From NCBI GenBank assembly GCA_964567205.1, contig CAZMKW010000001.1, forward strand, positions 1 to 48,832: DNA of 48,832 nt, given 5' to 3'. Below, one piece after another: positions 43,764 through 48,832 of the stretch. The notes under the pieces are model-generated. The model was given only the letters and a program-made list of their open reading frames with translations. It did not search any database and was not told the DNA's origin. Each line of letters opens with the position of its first letter. The first letter of the stretch is position 1. The position numbers and the translations under genes were made by a program. The stretch comes from an uncultured Candidatus Saccharibacteria bacterium. GTDB lineage: Bacteria > Patescibacteriota > Minisyncoccia > Minisyncoccales > Staskawiczbacteraceae.

Positions 43764-44195
43764 TTATATTCCTAATCCTCCTAATTTTGAAACAGTTTCG
43801 TCGACTCCTTTTTCTGCCTCTTTTTTATATGTTTCCCATTTTCCAGAATCCCAGATCTCCAACCTATTAGACAACCCACAAATAACGACATTTTTCTTTA
43901 ATCCGGCGTAATCTTTTAAATAATCCGGAACAAGAATTCTACCAAGCTTATCTAAAGAAACTTCCATTGCTCCGGCCAGCATCATCCTTGAAAAAGATCT
44001 GGCTTCAACTTGGGTCATTGTAAGATTTGTAATCTTATCAGATATTATCTTCCATTCGGCTTCTGTATATACGGCAAGACAGCTCTCCATCCAACGGGTA
44101 ATTACTACCTTATCTCCAAGCTCTCCCCTGAACTTTGCCGGCAAGGCTAAACGCTTTTTATTATCAATTGTATGTTCGTACTGTCCTATCAGCAT
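43764..44195 (-). CDS. mraZ: Transcriptional regulator MraZ
   Basis: Starts MLIGQYEHTIDNKKRLALPAKFR, with a second SpoVT/AbrB-like half (DKLGRILVPDYL). The start is taken at the ATG at 44195. The GTG at 44210 lies inside the repeat element. Confidence 0.9.
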   Translation of the reverse strand: MLIGQYEHTIDNKKRLALPAKFRGELGDKVVITRWMESCLAVYTEAEWKIISDKITNLTMTQVEARSFSRMMLAGAMEVSLDKLGRILVPDYLKDYAGLKKNVVICGLSNRLEIWDSGKWETYKKEAEKGVDETVSKLGGLGI

Positions 44196-44207
44196 GCGAC
44201 GAAGGAG

Positions 44208-44308
44208 CACCCCGCCCTCTAAGCTGTTGGTTTTTGTTTGAGGGTTTTCTGGGTGCTTCAGTAATTGTTTTTAAATTATAAATAATGAATGGGCATAGAG
44301 GGCGGGGT
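44208..44308. repeat. Inverted-repeat element, copy B (same 13-bp arms as copy A, 74-nt interior) in the mraZ leader
   Basis: CACCCCGCCCTCTAAGCT is at 44208-44225 and GCATAGAGGGCGGGGT at 44293-44308. Confidence 0.9.
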
Positions 44309-44357
44309 CGTCAGTCATTTCATTCCTTGCGAGATATACACTCATATTGGTAGTTTT

Positions 44358-44382
44358 CCCACAGTTATCCACTTTTGCCCAC
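44358..44382 (-). promoter_or_regulatory. Putative MraZ operator: three GTGGR boxes with exact 10-nt periodicity
   Basis: Minus strand reads GTGGG-CAAAA-GTGGA-TAACT-GTGGG, immediately downstream of the candidate -10 element. Confidence 0.6.
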
Positions 44383-44391
44383 TTCGTCTTA

Positions 44392-44421
44392 TTTATAGCC
44401 CTTTTCATAGCATCAGGTCAA
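44392..44421 (-). promoter_or_regulatory. Candidate dcw (Pmra-like) promoter
   Basis: Minus strand reads TTGACC (44421-44416), an 18-nt spacer, then TATAAA (44397-44392). Confidence 0.45.
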
Positions 44422-44548
44422 CACCTTACCCCAAATGCCCGTTTTAGTCGTAAATCCACATATTTTTGCACTAGTTATCCACACCCCACTAAAGGTCTTT
44501 TTATATAAAAACATACTTTTGCACAGACAAGCTTATTTTCGTCGACAC

Positions 44549-44580
44549 AAAAAAGCCTCGCGTAAACTAATACGCGAGGC
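44549..44580 (-). terminator. Intrinsic terminator of the two-gene zinc-ribbon cassette
   Basis: Minus strand reads GCCTCGCG-TATTAGTTTA-CGCGAGGC followed by T6. Confidence 0.8.
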
Positions 44581-44608
44581 ATGATCTTATCTTCATACGT
44601 CACCCTTT

Positions 44609-44806
44609 CTATGTTGTAGAATTAGAAGACGTAGAGATTACTCTTTCTTTGGGCCAAAGTTCGCTCTGGGCCATGTCTGCGATTTTTTTGACGACATGCC
44701 CATGGCAACAGTGTTCTGTGTCTCTCAGCTCGGTTACATCGTAATACCCACGACACACCTCGCAGTAGTATGTCCCCACATGATTTTGTGCTTTGTTGTC
44801 GGCCAT
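44609..44806 (-). CDS. Small Cys/His-rich (zinc-ribbon-like) protein
   Basis: 65 aa with CEVC and HCCHGH. A GGAGAG RBS lies inside the end of the upstream ORF. GC-richer than the backbone. Confidence 0.6.
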   Translation of the reverse strand: MADNKAQNHVGTYYCEVCRGYYDVTELRDTEHCCHGHVVKKIADMAQSELWPKERVISTSSNSTT

Positions 44807-44807
44807 C

Positions 44808-45041
44808 TCACTCTCCTTCCTTAAAAATCACGGCGCCATTCACGAAACGCGCGCTCATTTTGGTGCCGTGTTCCGTATATAATTGTCCGCAAGTCTCGCA
44901 GGCGTATCCGATACAATCGCCTACGGGAATTTCTCTGACAAAATCAATCTCGCCCAAGCAACTCTGCTTTACGCACTTTGTGTTTTGTAAAATAATCTTG
45001 TTCATTTCTTGTCCCTTTCCTTGTAGTTGTGAATGAGCCAC
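44808..45041 (-). CDS. Small zinc-ribbon-like protein (start uncertain: GTG at 45041 or ATG at 45005)
   Basis: CVKQSC and CETCG pairs. The GTG start has a GGAGGA RBS that is sequestered in the upstream hairpin. The ATG start has GGAAAGGGA upstream. Confidence 0.55.
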   Translation of the reverse strand: MAHSQLQGKGQEMNKIILQNTKCVKQSCLGEIDFVREIPVGDCIGYACETCGQLYTEHGTKMSARFVNGAVIFKEGE

Positions 45042-45042
45042 G

Positions 45043-45070
45043 AAAAAAATCCTCCGTCAGGAGGATTTTT
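45043..45070 (-). terminator. Terminator-like hairpin that also contains the Shine-Dalgarno of the downstream ORF
   Basis: Minus strand reads AAAAATCCTCC-TGAC-GGAGGATTTTT followed by TT, then C and the GTG start codon. Confidence 0.55.
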
Positions 45071-45168
45071 GATATAACTTTTTTGTTTTATTTATTTATA
45101 TACTATTATCAAAAACCTCCTGGATTTCGCCAATAAAAGCAAGCTTAACAATGCGAGGTTTTTATTCA

Positions 45169-45398
45169 CCCCGTTAGAGGTTTGTTTCATGTTTTGTACT
45201 GAATCCCGTCAAGGTCGTTAGCATCTCTAACGGGGTTCATATTTTTATAATACTCTTGTATGGGAGCTTGTCAACCCCGTTAGAAACGCCACCCGCGCCT
45301 ACCCCGCTTAGAGGTATGATTTTTTAAACCCTTCCGGATTTTGCTTATCTGCGTACCCAAAGGGCCCAGGGCGGGCCGTTTCTGACGGGGTCAACCCC
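45169..45398. repeat. Cluster of five alternately oriented GC-rich motifs (CCCCGYTAGAG / CCCCGTYAGAAACG)
   Basis: Copies lie at 45169-45180 (+), 45225-45235 (inverted), 45275-45288 (+), 45302-45314 (+, one extra C) and 45377-45390 (inverted). The last copy abuts the stop codon of the Clp-like gene. Confidence 0.85.
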
Positions 45399-47979
45399 TC
45401 ACTAATACTTCAAAAGTTTCCGGATCAATTTCAATTTTATCGCCCTTACCTATTTTGTCAGACAAAAGCGCCTGGGCAATTGAATTTTCTACTTTATCCT
45501 GCACAACCCTACGCATTTCCCTGGCACCGTACTCGGGCTTATAAGAAAGTTCGACAATCTTTTCTTTTAGAGGTTCTGTAATTTCAAAATCAATTTCTTT
45601 TTCTTTTAGGTTTTTTTGAAGGCCTTGCAAAGTAAGCTGGGATATTTTTAACAAATTATCTTTTGTTAAGGGGTGAAAAAGTACGGTTGCATCAAAACGG
45701 TTTATAAATTCCGGCCTAAAAATATTTTTATCGAAAAGGGCGTTCAACAATTTATCTTTATCTGTCGTTTGCTTAGATTCAATTTGTTTAAAGATTATGT
45801 CAGCCCCCGCGTTTGAGGTGCAAATAATTATTGTATTTGTAAAAACAACTTTTCTTCCCTGCCCATCTGTTATGTGCCCTTCATCTAAAACCTGTAAAAA
45901 CAAATTTAGGATATTTGGATGGGACTTTTCAATCTCATCCAACAAAAGCAAAGAAAACGGGGTTTCCCTAATCGGAGTTGTTAAAAGTCCCTGCATCTCC
46001 ACCGGAGAAGTTGCACCAATCAGCCTTGGTATATCTGAAATAGCTTGAAACTCAGACATATCAAGCCTTATCATTTTTTTCTCAGATCCAAAATATATCT
46101 GTGCCAATGCCTTAGCGGTTTCTGTTTTACCAACACCCGTAGGGCCTAAAAATAAAAACGTTCCCATGGGCCTTGTTTTAGAAGCGATCCCCATTCTTGC
46201 GCGCCTCATAGCAATTGATATTTCGCTTACGGCCTCCTCCTGATTTATAATTCTTTGGTGTATTAAATTTTCTAAGTTTAACAGTGTTTCTTTTTCTTTG
46301 GATGCCATTTTTCCAATTGGTATTTCTGTTTTGCTGGAAACAACTTCAGCGACGTGATGAGGAAACACAACTTTTTCCTTATGAGACTGCACATAAACCA
46401 CAACTTCTTCTAAAATGTCCAAGGCTTTTTTAGGAAACGGCAAGCTTGGCATATATCTTGCCGTTAAGTTAACTATTTCTCTGATGCTCGGATATAATAT
46501 AAAAATTTTATGCCTATATTCTGATTCTAGAGCAGCAGATTGGAGAATTCTTATTGTTTCAGCTTCGGTTACCTCGGAAACCTCAACTTTTCTGAAAAAA
46601 TTAGCGAACGAGGGATTTTGTTCTATATTTTTATGAAGGCCGTCGTAAGTGGTAATCCCGACAAACTGAAAATTTGGTATAGCCAAATATCTGGACAATA
46701 TACCCGATATATCAACGGCTCCGGCTTTTTGGACCGCTTGGCCTACAAAGTTTTCTAAATTATCAATTGCTAAAATGACGTTTCCGGCCGCCATAGCTTC
46801 CGAAAATATCTGGTCTAAAATTAGTTCTAATTTTTCAAAATCCTGCACCGTTGCAGACAACTGAACCACATCTAATTCCACAACCCTTTTATTGTTTAAT
46901 TCTGGTAGTGACTCGCCCAAATAGCACCTTTGTGCCAGCGCCTGGATTATGCTTTTTCTGCCGGTCCCCGAGTCTCCAACTATTAAAGCATTCGATAAGC
47001 TGGATTTTGCCAAAATCATCTCTGCCTGTTCTATCTCTTTTGTGTGGCCTATAATCTCTCTGACCCTCCACCCGGAAACAACCCTTCTCCAATCAATAGA
47101 GAATTGGTCTAAAGTTATTGTGTATCCCGATGCCCAGTCCTTTCCCATAGAGCCCTGCCTGGCTAAATTTTCTTTTGACCAGAATTTTTTATTTCTTTCC
47201 CAGGACTCCTCGGCAGAATCTAACCATAAGGTGATATTCTCCACATCTTCAAACTTAAGATCATACTCAACCAAAACTTTTTTAAAAAATGTGTCGTGTT
47301 TTGCCAAAGCAACCAGAATCTCTTTTTCTCCGATTTTATTATAGCCTCTGGCATTGGAAATATTTGCAGCTTCTATAATTGTCTGTTGAAAATCTTCAGA
47401 AAAAAATTCTGGCAATCGGCTTGTTTGGTCTTGCGCCGGCTGTCTCTGTGTTTTTTCCAAATAATTTTTTAAATCTATTTCAAATTTTTTAGGATCTAAC
47501 CCCAACCTAAAACAAACCGTTAACACTTCTTTGCTGGCCCTTAACGCGCAGTAGAGTAATGAAGTGGAGTTTACAGATATTTTTTTCTTTTTACAAAACT
47601 TTAAAGAACTCTGTACCATAGTAGCCACGGGCAAACTTAAAAACTCAGCTAAATTATAACGTTCCAAGTCCAAAACAGCATCTGAAAGTTTAACTGATAA
47701 TCCGGGCTTTTTTATTTTTAATTTTAAAAACAGAGAGATGTCCCAAAAAGATAAAAACAGTATTAAAAACAGAATCGGCGCCTTGATAGCCACGCTTCCT
47801 GCGACCTGGCCAAAAAAATAAAGTACTATAAAAAATAGTGACAAAATAAATAGAACCAAAAACAGCTGACACAAAAAACCTGCGAATCTAAAAATAAAAA
47901 ACCTTTCCCGTTTTACTGCCCGCAGAACCGCTGTTTTATTTAGACTAAAGACAAAAGGCATTGGCTTGTTTTTTAACAA
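45391..47979 (-). CDS. Membrane-tethered two-ring Clp/Hsp100-family AAA+ ATPase with degenerate first nucleotide-binding domain
   Basis: N-terminal hydrophobic helices followed by Clp_N-like repeats. NBD1 has Walker A GDSGTGRKS and Walker B ILAIDNLE. NBD2 is canonical, with GPTGVGKTE and LLLLDEIEKSH. No ClpB-type middle domain is visible. Confidence 0.85.
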   Translation of the reverse strand: MLKNKPMPFVFSLNKTAVLRAVKRERFFIFRFAGFLCQLFLVLFILSLFFIVLYFFGQVAGSVAIKAPILFLILFLSFWDISLFLKLKIKKPGLSVKLSDAVLDLERYNLAEFLSLPVATMVQSSLKFCKKKKISVNSTSLLYCALRASKEVLTVCFRLGLDPKKFEIDLKNYLEKTQRQPAQDQTSRLPEFFSEDFQQTIIEAANISNARGYNKIGEKEILVALAKHDTFFKKVLVEYDLKFEDVENITLWLDSAEESWERNKKFWSKENLARQGSMGKDWASGYTITLDQFSIDWRRVVSGWRVREIIGHTKEIEQAEMILAKSSLSNALIVGDSGTGRKSIIQALAQRCYLGESLPELNNKRVVELDVVQLSATVQDFEKLELILDQIFSEAMAAGNVILAIDNLENFVGQAVQKAGAVDISGILSRYLAIPNFQFVGITTYDGLHKNIEQNPSFANFFRKVEVSEVTEAETIRILQSAALESEYRHKIFILYPSIREIVNLTARYMPSLPFPKKALDILEEVVVYVQSHKEKVVFPHHVAEVVSSKTEIPIGKMASKEKETLLNLENLIHQRIINQEEAVSEISIAMRRARMGIASKTRPMGTFLFLGPTGVGKTETAKALAQIYFGSEKKMIRLDMSEFQAISDIPRLIGATSPVEMQGLLTTPIRETPFSLLLLDEIEKSHPNILNLFLQVLDEGHITDGQGRKVVFTNTIIICTSNAGADIIFKQIESKQTTDKDKLLNALFDKNIFRPEFINRFDATVLFHPLTKDNLLKISQLTLQGLQKNLKEKEIDFEITEPLKEKIVELSYKPEYGAREMRRVVQDKVENSIAQALLSDKIGKGDKIEIDPETFEVLVRG

Positions 47980-48369
47980 CTAATAAATAAAAATAAATAT
48001 GAATCCCGCGATAATAATAAACGGCAACGCAATCCAACTGATAAAAATTAATAAGCCAGATATTACAACAAAAATTTGAAACGAAATTCCAGCTACAATT
48101 AAAAAGATTCTCATTATGGCTCCTAATATTCTGGAAAAAGCATTAGAAATAAGCGTGTTAAAAAATTCTCCGAGATCAAAGGCTTTTGGATACCTCCATC
48201 TATATCTTCTCCATGGAGAAAAAAAAGTTTTTAGGAGCAGGGGCAAAGAAAAAAGATTTAACGCGAACGTCAAATAATTGTGCCATACAAGCAACAAAAA
48301 CTTTGGCATTTCGTAAAACTGCCAAAGAATCCAAGAAGAGACTATATTGTCTTTTTCAGAAGGTTCCAT
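47980..48369 (-). CDS. Hypothetical integral membrane protein, abutting the Clp-like gene
   Basis: 129 aa with about three hydrophobic helices. Its stop is directly adjacent to the Clp-like start. Confidence 0.55.
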   Translation of the reverse strand: MEPSEKDNIVSSWILWQFYEMPKFLLLVWHNYLTFALNLFSLPLLLKTFFSPWRRYRWRYPKAFDLGEFFNTLISNAFSRILGAIMRIFLIVAGISFQIFVVISGLLIFISWIALPFIIIAGFIFIFIY

Positions 48370-48370
48370 C

Positions 48371-48727
48371 TTATTTAATCAATTTTACACCAATTCCAGA
48401 TAATGTACCACCTGCAATGATTAAAATCCATGCTAAAAGGGACCAGCTCGCTAAATTTAACACCTTAGTTATGCTGTCTGGTGAAATTAGTTGCCCAATC
48501 TGTTTTTTTACGGCGTCATTAATTTGCCCCTGAATGTCTTGCGATCCTGTTTTGTCCACAAATGATGCCGCGGTTTTAAAAACCAATGGGGCAGAGGTTT
48601 TGTCGGTAAAAATATTATATGTTTGCCACATAACACAAATAATAAGCAACAACCCCGCTGTTAATAAAATATAACCTAAAACTTTATTCGTTATCATTTT
48701 CTTGTAATAGTTCTTGACGGATATCAT
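48371..48727 (-). CDS. Hypothetical membrane protein (start 48727 or 48697)
   Basis: 118 aa with two hydrophobic segments and a 1-nt gap to the next gene. The later ATG would reduce the overlap with the upstream partial ORF. Confidence 0.5.
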   Translation of the reverse strand: MISVKNYYKKMITNKVLGYILLTAGLLLIICVMWQTYNIFTDKTSAPLVFKTAASFVDKTGSQDIQGQINDAVKKQIGQLISPDSITKVLNLASWSLLAWILIIAGGTLSGIGVKLIK

Positions 48728-48832
48728 CAGGAATTGGTATAGCCTCTCCAGGCTTAGAAATTCCGGGATATCGCCAGGCGCTAATTATTTTTCTAAATCC
48801 CTGCCCTGAGGGGTACCCTTTGGGTCCCGAAG
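48684..48832 (-). CDS. 3' end of an unidentified ORF entering from the right edge
   Basis: Open frame ...SGPKGYPSGQGFRKIISAWRYPGISKPGEAIPIPDDIRQELLQENDNE, stop at 48686-48684. No function recognised. Confidence 0.35.
   Translation of the reverse strand, partial: SGPKGYPSGQGFRKIISAWRYPGISKPGEAIPIPDDIRQELLQENDNE
48810..48826. repeat. Inverted copy of the 17-mer GACCCAAAGGGTACCCC
   Basis: GGGGTACCCTTTGGGTC read directly. It is the reverse complement of 27352-27368. Confidence 0.85.

Noticed and set aside
44365-44483. DnaA-box-like sequences (TTATCCACT at 44365-44373, perfect TTATCCACA at 44475-44483, ATCCACA at 44454-44460) suggesting oriC
   Set aside because: There are only one perfect and one or two imperfect boxes. 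No dnaA or dnaN gene is nearby, and there is no gene-strand switch (all flanking genes are on the minus strand). The first box is better explained as the middle MraZ repeat. It cannot be excluded without a genome-wide GC-skew analysis.
1-48832. Looked for CRISPR arrays, rRNA genes, transposases, integrases, reverse transcriptases, group I/II introns and signs of stop-codon reassignment
   Set aside because: No regularly spaced direct repeats with unique spacers were found, and no recognisable catalytic motifs of these enzyme families. ORFs are intact under the standard code.

Overview
AT-rich bacterial chromosome segment, roughly one-third G+C judged by eye (not computed). Genes are tightly packed and mostly on the minus strand. 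The gene content resembles a reduced Patescibacteria/CPR-type genome (inference): scattered peptidoglycan and division genes (mraY, S11 carboxypeptidase, murC, LD-carboxypeptidase, mraZ-rsmH-ftsL-ftsI), aspS, tyrS, efp, rplU, prmC, maf and rmuC, a MacAB/LolCDE-like ABC exporter, an orphan VirD4-like ATPase, a membrane-tethered Clp-like AAA+ ATPase, a P-type ATPase next to a CaCA exchanger, and many small membrane-anchored hypotheticals. There are two tRNAs: a partial tRNA-Ala(GGC) at the left edge and tRNA-Glu(CTC). No rRNA, CRISPR array, transposase, integrase or reverse transcriptase was recognised. Features beyond ordinary annotation: (1) Visibly GC-richer single-gene or small-operon cassettes sit between housekeeping operons, most with a near-consensus promoter and/or an intrinsic terminator; they include a PAICS-like PurC-PurE fusion, a divergent sigma-70 family factor with small unknown ORFs, an acyltransferase and several small Cys-rich ORFs. 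(2) GC-rich nucleotide-level repeats and palindromes occur both in intergenic DNA and in frame inside genes: a perfect 42-bp palindrome equal to exactly 14 codons inside prmC, a 13-bp terminal-inverted-repeat element in two copies (one in the mraZ leader), a cluster of five alternately oriented CCCCGYTAGA-type motifs, and a 17-mer shared by two ORFs in different reading frames. (3) A three-box MraZ-type operator with 10-nt periodicity lies upstream of mraZ. All functional calls rest on motif recognition by eye; no searches were run.
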